In this document: positions 44,216 to 58,300 of the stretch, one piece after another
Layout of the letters: each line of letters opens with the position of its first letter
Numbering within the stretch: the first letter of the stretch is position 1
NCBI RefSeq assembly: GCF_009914755.1
Contig: NC_060947.1
DNA from: the human T2T-CHM13v2.0 reference genome, Homo sapiens
DNA: 64,000 nucleotides
Direction: 5' to 3' (one strand)
The notes under the pieces: generated by a model
Database searches by the model: none
What the model saw: the letters and a program-made list of their open reading frames with translations, nothing else
What the model was told of the DNA's origin: nothing
Made by a program: the position numbers and the translations under genes

Positions 44216-44655
44216 TTATTGTAGAATAATTTAGTCTACCCAATTAAGTTATTTTATTTAAAGTATTAATTGATATCCTTAATATGCTTTAAAAACAATG
44301 GTGACTTATTCATTAAAAATATCAGATAATTTTAAAACAGGAAAGTTACACATATATACACACAAATAAACTTTTTATTTTTAATAAAGAACTATCTTCA
44401 GATGATTGTATTTTTCCTTTTAGAAATTACTAAAATATTTTACTTATACTGTTTAGTTAGATTAAAATGATGTATTTCCAGGATTCAGAGTACTTTTTAA
44501 TTTTCCTTGATATTTCTAGTCTAGTGAAATAGCTCATATAGAATTAGATGTTGAAATAGCTCATATAGAATTAGATGTTCCTTGTAATCACTAGATAAAT
44601 CATCAGAAAACATTGAAGATCAAACACTCTTAAAATTATTTTGTATGTTGCTGTA

Positions 44656-47600
44656 TGTATCATGCCATTCTTTCGTTGCTATAAAGAAATACTTGAGACT
44701 GGGTAATTTATAAATAAAAGAGCTTTTATTGGCTCATAGTTCTGTAGGCTGTACATGAAGCATGGCACTGGCATCTGCTCAATTCTGGAGAAGCCTCAGG
44801 AAGTTTTTTAACTCGTGGTAAAAGGCAAAGAGGGAGTTAGCATCTCACATGGCAGAGCAGCAGCAAGAGACAGGGGAGGAGCCAAACATTTTTAAATGAC
44901 CAGATTTCATGAGAACTCACTCACTATGGTGAGCATAGCACCAAGCCATGAGGGATCCACCTCCACGAGCCAAATACCTCCCACCCGGCCCCACTCCAGC
45001 ATTGGGGGTTACATTTCAACATGAGATTTGGGTGGGAACAAATATCTAACTATTTCATTCCACCCTTATCACCCCCAAATCTCATGTCCCCCTCACATTG
45101 CAAAATGCAATTATGCCTTACCAGTAGTCCCCCAAAGTCTTGTTTCAGCATTAACTCAGAAGTCCAAAGTCCAAAGTCTCATCTTCCCCTCTTCACTGCT
45201 CTAATAAAGTCCCTTACATCTATGAGCTTGTAAAATAAAATAAAAAACAAAAAACCAAGTTATTTACTTCTGAGATACAATGGAGGGTGCCTGGGTTGGG
45301 AAAACATTCCTCATCCAATAGGGAGAAATTGGCCAAAAGTAAAGGGCCATAGGCCCCACAAAATTCTGAAACCTAGAAAGGCAGTCATTAAATATTAAAG
45401 CTCCAAAATAATGTCCCACATCGAGGGCACACTGATGCAAGGGGTGGGCTCCCAAGGCCTTGGGCAGCTCTGCCCCTGTGGCTTTGCAGAGTACACCCTC
45501 ATGGCTGGTCTCAGTTTGGAGCTGAGTGCCTGTGGCTTTTCCAGGTGTAGGGTGCAAGCTGCTGGTGTATCTACCATTCTGGGTTCTAGAAGATGGTGAC
45601 CCTCTTCCTCCACAGCTCCACTACGCAGTGCTTCAGTGAGGGACTTGCGGGGGTCTGTCCTGCAGACCCTGACCCAATGACGGATGTATAACATATACTG
45701 ACACAGATATTAGGCTTGTCAGTCCAGCTAAGGGTGAGGGCCACTTACAGACTCCAAGAAGAGTGCTGTAAAGAGTTGGCAGCCACGGCCCTGACTCGCT
45801 GGCCCTGCCAGCGTTTATTCAGCACACATTAAATGACAAAGGCTTTGTGTCAACATCATTAGAAGGTAATTAATCTGGTCACTTTCAGCCCCACCCCGCC
45901 ACCACCCCCGAGAAAGCCTTCCTGCCAGTGAATGATCAAAGGTTAGTTTTAGGACCACATGAGTAAAGAAGTTATTTAGATAAACTCCTCTACATTCCTA
46001 TGCATCTACTCTAAGTTATTTACTCAAGGTAAGGATTAGGCTGCCTTCAGCCAGATCTATTACTGGAGCTTATGCAACGCCCCCCACCCCCCACCCACTG
46101 GCCTTCCAAGAAAGTATGCATCTATTACTTATAACTATCTTTAAAATTTTTCCCACCAGCCTGACTGAACTCCCACATGGACTCTGTGTATGGCCTCCAT
46201 CCCCACATTTCCCCACTTCACTGCCCTAGTAGAGGTTCTCTGTCAGGGCTCTGCTCCTGTGGCAGTCTTCTGCCTGGGCAGCCACACTTTTCCGTACATC
46301 CTCCAAAATCTAGGCAGAGGCTGCCAAGCCCCCACCACTCTTGCACTCTGTGCACCTTCAGGCTTAGCACCAAGAGGAAGCCACTGAGGCTTATGGCAGC
46401 TTGTGCTGTGCAAAGTGGCAGACCAAGCGGTATCTGGGGTCCTTTGAGCCAAGGCTGGAGCGGGATAGACTGGGATGTGGGGAGCAGTGTCCTGAGGCTG
46501 CACAGGGCAGTGGGACCCTTGGCCTGGTCCATTAAATCATTCTTTACTCCTAGGCCTCTGGACCTGTGATGGGAGGGGCTGCCAAAAAGGTCTGCAAAAT
46601 GCCTTTGAGGCCTTTTTCCCATTATTTTGACTGTCAGCATTTGGCTCATTTTTAGGCATGCAAATATCCCTAACAAGTGGTTGCTCCACAGCCTGCTTGA
46701 ATTCCTCTTCCAAAAAAGCTTTTACTTTCTCTGCCACATAGCTAGGCTGCAAATTTTCCCAACTTTTATGTTCTGCCTCCTGTTTAAATATAAATTCCAA
46801 CTTTAAGTCATTTATTTACTCCCATATCTGAGCACAGGATGTTAGAAGCAACCAAAACACATCCTGGATGTTTTGCTCCTTAGAAATTTCTTCTGCCAGA
46901 TACCTTAGGTCATCACTCGGAAGTACAAACTTTCACAAATCCCCAGGGCATGGACACAATGCAGACGAGTTCTTTGCAAAGGCTTAATGAGGGTGACATG
47001 TGCTCCAGTTTCCAGTAAGGTCCTCATTTCTGAGATCTTGTCAGCCTGGACTTCACTGTGCATATAATTATCAGCATTTTGGTCACAACCATTTAACCAG
47101 TCTGTAAGAAATTTTAAACTTTCCTTCATCTTCCTGTCTTCTTCTGAGCCCTCCAAACTCTCCTGACCTCTGCCTAATACTCAGTTCCAAAGCCACTTCC
47201 ACATTTTCAGGTATCTTTAAAGCAATAACGCACTCTTCAGTACCAATAGTCTGTGTTAGACCATTCATGTATCGTTATAAAGAAACACCTGAGACTGGGT
47301 AATTTATAAAGAAAATAAGTTTAATTGGCTCACAGTTCTGCAGGCTGTACAAACATAGTGCTGGCATCTGCTCAGCTTCTGAGGAATCCCCAGGGAGCTT
47401 TTATTCATGACAGAAAGTGAAGTGGGAGCAGGCATGTCACATACCGAAAGTAGGAGTGAGGCAGGGGGAGGTGCCACACAGTTTTAAACAACTCTCCTGT
47501 GAACTCAGAGCAAGAGTGCACTCATTACCAAGAGGAAGGAAAAAGAAATACCTAAGACTGGGTAATTTATAAAGAAAAGAGGTTTAATTGGCTCACAGTT

Positions 47601-47916
47601 CTCCAGGCTGTATAGGAAGCATGGTGCTGGCATCTGCCCAGCTTCTGGAGAGACCTCAGGAACCTTTTACTCATGACGGAAGGCAAAGGGGGAGCCAACA
47701 TCTCACATGGTAGAGCAGGATCAAGGGGATTGGGAAGAGCCACACACTTTTCAATGACCAGATCTCGTGAGAACTCACTCACTATGGTGAGGACAGCACC
47801 AAGCCATGAGAGATTCACCTTCACAACCCAAACACCTCCCACTAGCCCCCATCTGCAACTTTGAGGATTATATTTCAACATAAAATTTGGGTATGGACAT
47901 ATTCCCAACTATATCA
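44656..47916 (-). mobile_element. Full-length MST (MSTB-type) MaLR element
   Basis: LTR 44656-45057, MST-int, LTR 47252-47916; perfect TSD CTGTA. Confidence 0.9.
45646..46177 (-). mobile_element. LTR22 (HERV-K HML-5) solo LTR nested in MST-int
   Basis: Reverse complement starts TGTGGGAGTTCAGTCAGGCTGGTGGG and ends GACAGACCCCCGCA; TSD gggact/tggact. Confidence 0.8.
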
Positions 47917-48114
47917 CTGTATATAGAGGTAACGTAATGACATAACACTCATCACTCATAGAAAGCATTAATTAGGGAATGCTTAGAATAATGTTGAAAA
48001 TAATGGTAAATTCTGATGGCAGCAGTTAATTTGTTAGTTTCTAAACTAACGTAGTTAATTTCTTAGTTAGTTTCTACAAAGAGAACATATATATTGTGTC
48101 TCGGCATGACCTAT

Positions 48115-49496
48115 TATGTCCAGAATTGGTGGGTTCTTGGTCTCACTGACTTCAAGAATGAAGCCGCGGACCCTCGCGGTGAGTGTTACAGCTCTTAAGG
48201 TGGCACATCTGGAGTTTGTTCCTTCTGATGTTTGGATGTGTTCGGAGTTTCTTCCTTCTCGTGGGTTCGTGGTCTCACTGGCTCAGGAGGGAAGCTGCAG
48301 ACCTTTACCGTGAGTGTTACAGCTCTTAAGGTGGCGCGTCTGGAGTTGTTCGTTCCTCCCGGTGGGCTCATGGTCTCGCTGACTTCAGGAGTGAAGCTGC
48401 AGACCTTCGCAGTGTTACAGCTCATAAAAGCAGTGTGGACCCAAAGAGTGAGCAGTACCAAGATTTATTGCAAAGAGTGAAAGAACAAAGCTTCCACAGT
48501 GTGGAAGGGGACCCTAGCGGGTTGCCACTGCTGGCTTGGGCAGCCTGCTTTTATTCTCTTATCTGGCCCCACCCACATCCTGCTGATTGGTAGAGCTGAG
48601 TGGTCTGTTTTGACAGGGTGCTGACTGGTGCGTTTACAATCCCTGAGCTAGACACAAAGGTTCTCCAGGTCCCCACCAGATTAGTTAGATACAAAGTGTC
48701 CACACAAAGGTTCTCCAAGGCCCCACCAGAGTAGCTAGATACAGAGTGTTGATTGGTGCATTCACAAACCCTGAGCTAGACACAGGGTGCTGATTGGTAT
48801 TTAGAAACCTTGTGCTAGATACAGAGTGCTGATTGGTGTATTTACAATCCCTTAGCTAGACATAAAGGTTCTCTACGTCCCCACCAGACTCAGGAGCCCA
48901 GGTGGCTTCACCCAGTGGATCCCGCACTGGGGCTGCAGGTGGAGCTGCCTGCCAGTCCCGCACCGTGCGCCTGCACTCCTCAGCCCTTGCGTGGTCGATG
49001 GGACTGGGTGCCGTGGAGCAGGGGCGGCCCTCGTCGGGGAGGCTCCGGCTGCACAGGAGCCCACGGAGTCGGGGGAGGCTCAGGCATGGCAGGCTGCAGG
49101 TCCCGAGCCCTGCCCCACCTGAAGGCAGCTAAGGCCCGGCGAGAAATTGAGCACAGTAGCTGCTGGCCGAGGTGCTAAGCCCCTCACTGCCCGGGGCTGG
49201 TGGGGCCGGCGGCCGGCCGCTCCAAGCGCGGGGTCCGCCGAGTCCACGCCCACCTGGAACTCACGCTGGCCCGCAAGCACCACGCGTAGCCCCAGTTCCC
49301 ACCCGCGCCTCTCCCTCCACACCTCCCTGCAAGCTGAGGGAGCCAGCTCTGGCCTTAGCCAGCCCAGAAAGGGGCTCCCACAGTGCAGCGGTGGGCTGAA
49401 GGGCTCCTCAAGTGCCGCCAAAGTGTGAGCCCAGGCAGAGGAGGCACCGAGAGTGAGCGAGGGTTGTGAGGACTGCCAGCATGCTGTCACCTCTCA
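48115..49496 (-). mobile_element. LTR12C (ERV9) solo LTR
   Basis: Reverse complement TGAGAGGTGACAGC...CCCACCAATTCTGGACATA; TSD CTAT; tandem ATTGG/GATA repeats; CpG-rich U3. Confidence 0.93.
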
Positions 49497-49879
49497 CTAT
49501 GACATCAATGGCCAGTTAGTACATATATGTAGGTATCAGGGAAGGAGGAGAATAATATATAAGGCCAAGGGGAACACGATTTACCCTTGGCAAATGCTGT
49601 GTTTCGTCATGCCCCTGACATTACATCAGAAGGTAGTTGTTAAAATGATAAATAGGCAGAATTGGAAAGTCCCCTGTGTCTGAAAGTTAGGCAATGCATA
49701 TATGTAGGACTCTAAGAATAAATGTATTGTCTTTTCAACACTTTAACAATGCTTTTAATATTTAGTTTATACAATTGAAGTATAGTATTCTATCTTATGG
49801 GATGTAGTAGGGCAGGGAGGTCTGTTATGAGCCAATATGGATCATGGTGGGATAGAAAGAGCATAGATTTTAGTTAAAA

Positions 49880-50130
49880 ATCAATAGGAGGAATGAACTC
49901 CAGTGTTCTATACCACTGTAGGATGACTACGGTTAACAGTATAGTTTCAAATAGCTAGGAGGATGTTAAATGTTCCCCACACAAAGAAATAATGAATGTT
50001 TAAGATGATGGACATGTTAATTACCCTGATCTGATCACTATACATTATATATATTAAAACATCACTATGCATCCCATGGATATGTACAATTATTATTAGT
50101 CAATTAATAAAATTAAATTAAAATTTTAAA
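49880..50130 (+). mobile_element. L1MA-type 3' end
   Basis: ttaccctgatctgatcactatacattat...tgtacaattattat followed by an A-rich tail. Confidence 0.7.
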
Positions 50131-50569
50131 AATCAGACAAGATCTAGTTTAAATCAAGTTCTGCTACAAATTGGACATATGCCCTTAATCATTACTTGCT
50201 GTCTTTTAACCTTGTTTTTGGACTTTTTTCATTTGTCCAATGGAGATATACTACTTACTTCACAATGTTATTGGGTAAATTGTGAAAGATAGACTAAATG
50301 AATAAGTAGATACCTAACAAGAGTTCCTTGCTTGCCTTCTTTCCAAACCTTTATCCCCTTGTTGGGGACAGAGGTTGTACTAGGTTGAATAGTGTCCCCT
50401 AAAATTCATGTCCACTCGGAACCTCATGGAAACACAAACTTTGCAGACGTGATCAAGTGAAGAGGACATCATACTGGTATGGGTCTCAAATACATTTCAA
50501 GAATGATACAAATTAAATATTAATAAAGCACTTTTTTTCAGGATTCTGAACTCAACAAAAGCCAGAACA

Positions 50570-51710
50570 ATATTTTTCAAAATTTAGTATGCATGAGCAA
50601 TCACCAAAAGGGTTCAGTAAAACAGCTTGCTGGGCCCTATCCCCAGAATATTATTCTGACATATGAGGTGGAATTTGCATTTCTAATAAGTTCTTGGTGA
50701 TGGAGATACTGCTGGACCTGGGATCACTGAGCTCAAATTCTAACCTGCCAATACTCTTAAACTCAATATAAACAAAAAATGGTTAAGATTTTGAGGACAG
50801 TACTCCTTTAATTATAATGTACGTGCAAATTGCTTGTGAATGCTGTTCAAGTACAGATTCTGATTCAATTAGTCTAGGGTGGAGCCCTAAGTTGTAAATT
50901 TCTAAAACGGTCTCAGTTGATGCCAATTATTTTGTTCCATGACACATCCTTTGAGTAGCAATGTGTAGAACAGACTAGTAACCTTGGAATTACCTGGAAA
51001 CTTACAAGAAATGCAACAACCTCAGGATCCACTTCACAAGTGAATTCCAATCTGTAAACAAGATCCCCAGGTGATTTTTATGCACTGTAAAAATAAGCAC
51101 TTTTTCAAAGCACTAGTTTTCAAACTTAGCTGGACGTTGGAGTCACATAAAGAGATGTAAAAAACATACTGATGACTATGATTCACCAAGAACACTTGAT
51201 TTGTTTGATATTGAGTTCAGAGTGGGCATTTGGGTTTTAATGCTATCCAGGTTATTTTAATGTGGAGCAAAGTTTGAGAATGACTTTTTAAGAGCCTTGC
51301 TACTTGAAGTGTAGTTTGTTGAGCACGAGGATCAGCATCACCTGGGAGCTTGCTAGAAATGCAAACTTTCAGGATCCACCTTAGACACATGACATCTGAA
51401 TTTTCTTTTTGATGGGATCCCCTGGTACATATTAAAGCTTGAGAGAGTTGTTCTAAATAGCTTTGCCATTCAATACCAATAGAGTAGCCACACATGGCTA
51501 TTTTAAATTAAATTAATTACAATTTTAAAATTACAAATTTAGTTATTCAGCTTGCTAGCCACATTTCAAGTTCTCACTGATTATACATGGGCATACATAG
51601 TCCCTTCTTACATGATGCACAATATTGTGTACACAAAACATAGAGGCTACCATTTTGGACAATGTAGATATGGACCATCTTCATTATTGCGGAAGATTCA
51701 ACCGAACAGC
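50570..51710. mobile_element. Cluster of hAT-Charlie MITEs (several MER5-like, plus MER3/MER33-like)
   Basis: Repeated cores tgcatttctaa, cccaggtgatt, agcatcacctgggagctt in both orientations. Confidence 0.7.
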
Positions 51711-52223
51711 ATGGCTGAAAGTATGGTATGGTTGTAATTAAAATCTTTTGGCAAAGCCAAGTTTAAAACAGATAAAGCTGAAAATAGACTGCAGTATCTG
51801 AAATATGTACCCATGGAAACATATATTCATATGTCTTTATAAAAAGGACATTATAAGTAAATGAAATTGTTGCTTAAAATTTTGAACTTGCTTAGGGATT
51901 ACTGATATATCTCCTTTGCATTGGTCCTACAGAGTAATTATTTTTCTAAATAAAAGTATTTCATACAGGTTTCGAGGAAGAGAAAACTTTTCCTGCTTTA
52001 CATTCTGAAAAGGCTATTTTTTTCCAGCCTCCATTCATGCTAAAGGCATCTCTGAACTGTGCTCAGGCAGCGTTGCTCTTACAAGGTGCTTCAGGGAACA
52101 GGAATTTACTCCCTCTGCTTGAGCCAGGAGGATAACTAGGGGGCTTGCTGATTTAATTTTTGAGAAAGGTCTTGACATTTTGCCTCTATTTGCAAAAATG
52201 TCCTCGGGGGTTGAGTGACTCAC

Positions 52224-53960
<1,737 letters not shown>

Positions 53961-54651
53961 GGTGTTTTCTGTTTCTTATAGAGAAATAGAGTGGCACAAA
54001 GTGGTGTGGCCTGGATCTCATTTCATAGTCACCTGGGGAAGTTCTTGATTAACAAAAGCACTGTCAAGAGAGTCAGTAGAAAGAGAAGTTACTGTTGGAA
54101 ATAGTTTATTGAAGAGCAGTAAATGTAGAACAAAAGAGTTGAGAGACACTACAAGACTGAGAAGCTAGAAATTTTGACCTTTATTACTCTACAAAAATTG
54201 CCACAGAAAAATAATACATATAATTATGCATAATTATATATTCAAATGTAGGTACTAGCAATACTCTTTAAATAAAGTATGTTACAATTTTCATCCACAA
54301 GCTTGATATTTAGATGCATGCCTTGTATCATACAAAGGGGCAAAGCCTTCATGCGTGAATAGGGGATTACAACTCAATGACTATGGAGTCAAGCTAGCAA
54401 TATAAAAAAGCGAAATGGGCTAGATTGGGAGTGTGTCGATCTAGGGAATGTATGTAAACATAGAGAAATTAGGAACCTTGGCACATACAAAGAACCGTAG
54501 GTGGTTTATCATGAATGGAACATAGAGGTTTGAGAAATATACATAAGTAGAGAGATATAAGTAGGGACACATAAGTAGAGAGATAAGCAAAGGCTAGATT
54601 TTAAGGACTATTGACACCATTCTAAGGATTTTGCATTTCATACTTAATGTG

Positions 54652-55127
54652 TATGGAAGGAAAATAAATCTCGGTACCCCAAAATCACTAAGCTAAAGGG
54701 AAAAGTCAAGCTGGGAACTGCTTAGGGCCAACCTGCCTCCCATTCTATTCAAAGTCACCCCTCTGCTCACTGAGATAAATGCATATCTGATTGCCTCCTT
54801 TGGAGAGGCTAATCAGAAACTCAGAAGAATGTAACTATTTGTCTCTTATCTACCTGTTACCTGGAAGCCCCCTCCCTGCTTCAAGTTGTTGTCGTGCGTT
54901 TGCTTTGAGTTGTCTCTCCTTTTCCGGACCAAACCAATGTTCATCTTATATATGTTGATTGATATCTCATGTCTCCCTAAAATGTATAAAACCAAACTGT
55001 GCTCTGACCACCTTAGGCACATGTCATCAGGACCTCCTGAGGCTGTGTCATGGGGGCGAATCCTCAACCTTGGCAAAATAAACTTTCTAAATTAAGTGAG
55101 ACCTGTCTCAGATATTTGGAGTTAACA
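54652..55127 (+). mobile_element. MER4A-type ERV1 solo LTR inserted in L2
   Basis: ggaaaataaatctcggtaccccaaaatcactaagctaaaggg...aataaactttctaaatt. Confidence 0.85.
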
Positions 55128-55312
55128 AGTATAAGGTGAAAATGAAAAATTTTGGTGTATATTTTAAAAATATATTAGTAGCATTGTATAGAATTATTTT
55201 ATCCTCAGGAGAATAAGGTTTACAGAGATCATTTGTTCAAAATAGAAATCTAGATAACGTCACTACTGAAATTCACATTCTTACCCTCAAACTCACTTCT
55301 GCTTTATCTTAG

Positions 55313-58300
55313 TGTTCCTGGACCAAACTGAGGGTTGGGCTGCTATTTCTCATGGCCCAATAACAAGATGCAGATGAACTGGGGAGGAGCTCCCTGCAAC
55401 CAGTTACAGGGAGAAGGCCTGGAAATTATCACCAGATCATTCAAAACTACAAAGTTTTCCAGAGCTTATATACCTTCTAAGATATATGTCTATATGGAAG
55501 AGTGCATTCATCTAAAGACATAAGTGATTAACTTCTTTTGATCTATAACTAAGGTCTGAGTCCTGAAGACCATCCTCTAAAGCCTCAGTAAATTTACTTA
55601 ATATAAAAGGGTCCAGGTACTGGGGTGATTACCCTTATCTTGTCTCCTACTAAATCATAGAGGTTTGGGGAGTTCCTTCAGACCCCCAATAAACTTGTTT
55701 GTGAAGGCCTGGGGAGTTTCTTCAGACCCACAGTAAAACTTGTTTAATCCTAAATGGGTCCTGTTAAAAATTTCTTCATTAGTTTGTCATGCTTTAAGGC
55801 CCAGGGAAGGCCTAGGCAAAACTCTTGGTGGGCTGTTGTTACATCCCAGCCTTTGTCTAAGGGCATTGGCTTTTAATATTTAACTTAACCACTCAGTCAG
55901 TACTGTTATGGAGGCCTGTGTTAGTGAGATCTGGCCTGCCACAATCCCCTCTGTCAATTTGTGCATGATTTCTATCATGCTTGTATATTGATTTATCATG
56001 AAAATTGTAGGGAGATGGGGCATCACAATCTTTCTGGCTACTTCCTACTGAGAGGGGGTTGCTGTTATGTGGCACCAAATGCAGTGCTGGAGTGGAAGAA
56101 GTCAATTTGTTCCCGGTAGCGCTCTTTGTTTCAGGGGCTTAGAGGCAGTGCCTGCTGAAACATAATAGTATGCAACAGCAACACATATAAATAGGTTGCT
56201 GCTGTTTTCTTCTGAAGTTTAAGTTGTCTGGTCTTCAGTTCATAGGGCTTTAAGAAAGCACAGCTTAGGTTTTAGTGATTTCCAATAGAAAAAATAGGGA
56301 AAAAGGAAAAGAAAAAGGAAAAAATTGAAAACATTGTTTTGAAGACTTGTAGCCAGAAAAATTAGAATTAAATCCAAACTGTAGAAAGTAATAAAAACTT
56401 AAAAATATCAGGCAAGACTAGAATTTAATAACAGGTATACTATAGTTTTGGAAACATAATTTTCTCTCTGCAGTTTCCCATTTTTATTAAAAGACAAATT
56501 ATGGTAGGACTGGTTTGATTTATTATGCTTGGCCTAATTATTTGTATACAGTGCAACAAGAATAATTATTTTGCACATAGGCCTTTTAAATAGGCTTTGA
56601 TGGAACTTTGTTCCATAGAAGGATTCTGAGATAAGACCCTTTTAAAGCTGAGCCCAGCCAAGGATTTGTACCATCAAATAGCTATGAGTTGGGTGAATTC
56701 TTCTTCTCTTGAGGTTCCAAGATAACTTGGGGGTCCTGGCCTGTCAGAAAGTGACTTTCTTTACTTACCACAGATCAGAAACCCTGTACAGGGACCGTGT
56801 ACACAAAATATGAGGCCAGTTTTCCAAGGGCATTATAAGCTCCATAGTCAAGTTTGATTTCTTAAAGGAGAATGTATCATTCCAGTCAGCCTTGGTAAAA
56901 TAACCAATTTTTCCAATTGTGTCCTGTTACAAAAGAGAACAGATTCTTATTGCACTTATGCAAATCAGTATATTGCCGTAAGGTAAGAACACTCACAAAT
57001 AGTTTCCAAATTCTGGAGAAATCAGGTAGAGAGAAACAAATATGCTCCCAAGTTTATTCATAGGAGTATACTTTACTTAATTGTTAAAAGCTGTCAATAG
57101 TTCAAAAGAAAAGTTGCCTTGACTCTGAAAAGCAAAACAAAGGATTAGAAACATTTTAAGCAAAAAGTCAAAAAAGTCACTTCAGTCTCCTATTAGTTCA
57201 GTTCATGCAGTTAATTCCTGTCCTGCTTGATATTAATGAAAATTTTAGCTCTTCAAGAGTCCCGAATGTTTTTCCTCTATTCTGATGTCACAGTCTCCAA
57301 AGTTATCAGAAACTTGCATTCAAGAGCACTTGTTAGAGGTTTATAGCTAATTATAAAACCACCTTCTAAAGAGGACCAAAACAAGACAGCAATTGTTTAT
57401 GGATGACAAAAAGTTTTAGAGTAGCCATAGTTAAAGACACAATTGACAAGAAAATGTTACCTCTGTGGCACACAATAATTTAACATAACAATTATAATTA
57501 TTACCGATAAAGTACACTAAGATATATCAGAATTATAGGAATTTTGCATGATTTTGGAACACATAGCAATAACATATTTATACAAATATAGCCCAAAGAA
57601 AGCCAAACCCCATTGTATATTTGGCAATGCTTCCTGTATGAGTTTTGGTACCAAATAACCCATATTTCACCTTTACATTAGTATACTGTTAATGTTAAAC
57701 CCAATTCTTAATAAAACTTTATAGACATATTTACCCAATTTTAATGTTTGACCATAAGGTAAGATTTTTATAGACCTTTTTTTGTTAAAGACCAATTTTT
57801 GTTAAAGAGCAGGTTAGTGCTCTAAGAGAAACCCGTTGTGCTTTTATTTTAATGCTCAATTCATAGAAAAACTAGATGATACTCTTTAACTTTAGCCAAT
57901 GTGTTTACACATAGAATTTCCTTTACAATCAACCTTCCATAAGTTGCTTATAGCTTCATCTTTATTTTATCCAACCTAAAACAATCCTTTAACCTTTTAA
58001 TCTAGGCAAAAATCTACATTCTTGTGCCTCCTTATAATCTTTTTACCATAAGTATATTTGACTTTCCTTACACACCTTGCACATTAACAGTTTCTTCAAT
58101 AGTCTTAAATACATGTCACACTGTTAACTCTTAGCAACTTTTACTTTTGGTGAAAACCTTGGTAAGTTTGGGATTTTAATTATGTACTAGGTGTGGAGCC
58201 TAGGACCTAGACAGTAGTGCTGATAAGGTCTGACTTATTCCAGCATTTGACTCCACGTGTACCAGGCCTTACCTAGCTGTAAAGCAGGCAAATTGTACAG

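Noticed and set aside
46177-46800. 130-152 aa ORFs
   Set aside because: Decayed MST-int sequence, not a cellular gene.
48590-48870. Spaced direct repeats with a CRISPR-like look
   Set aside because: Known LTR12 enhancer repeats in eukaryotic DNA; no unique spacers or cas genes.
48873-49490. Many GC-rich ORFs and a CpG island suggesting a gene start
   Set aside because: Entirely inside the LTR12C U3 region.
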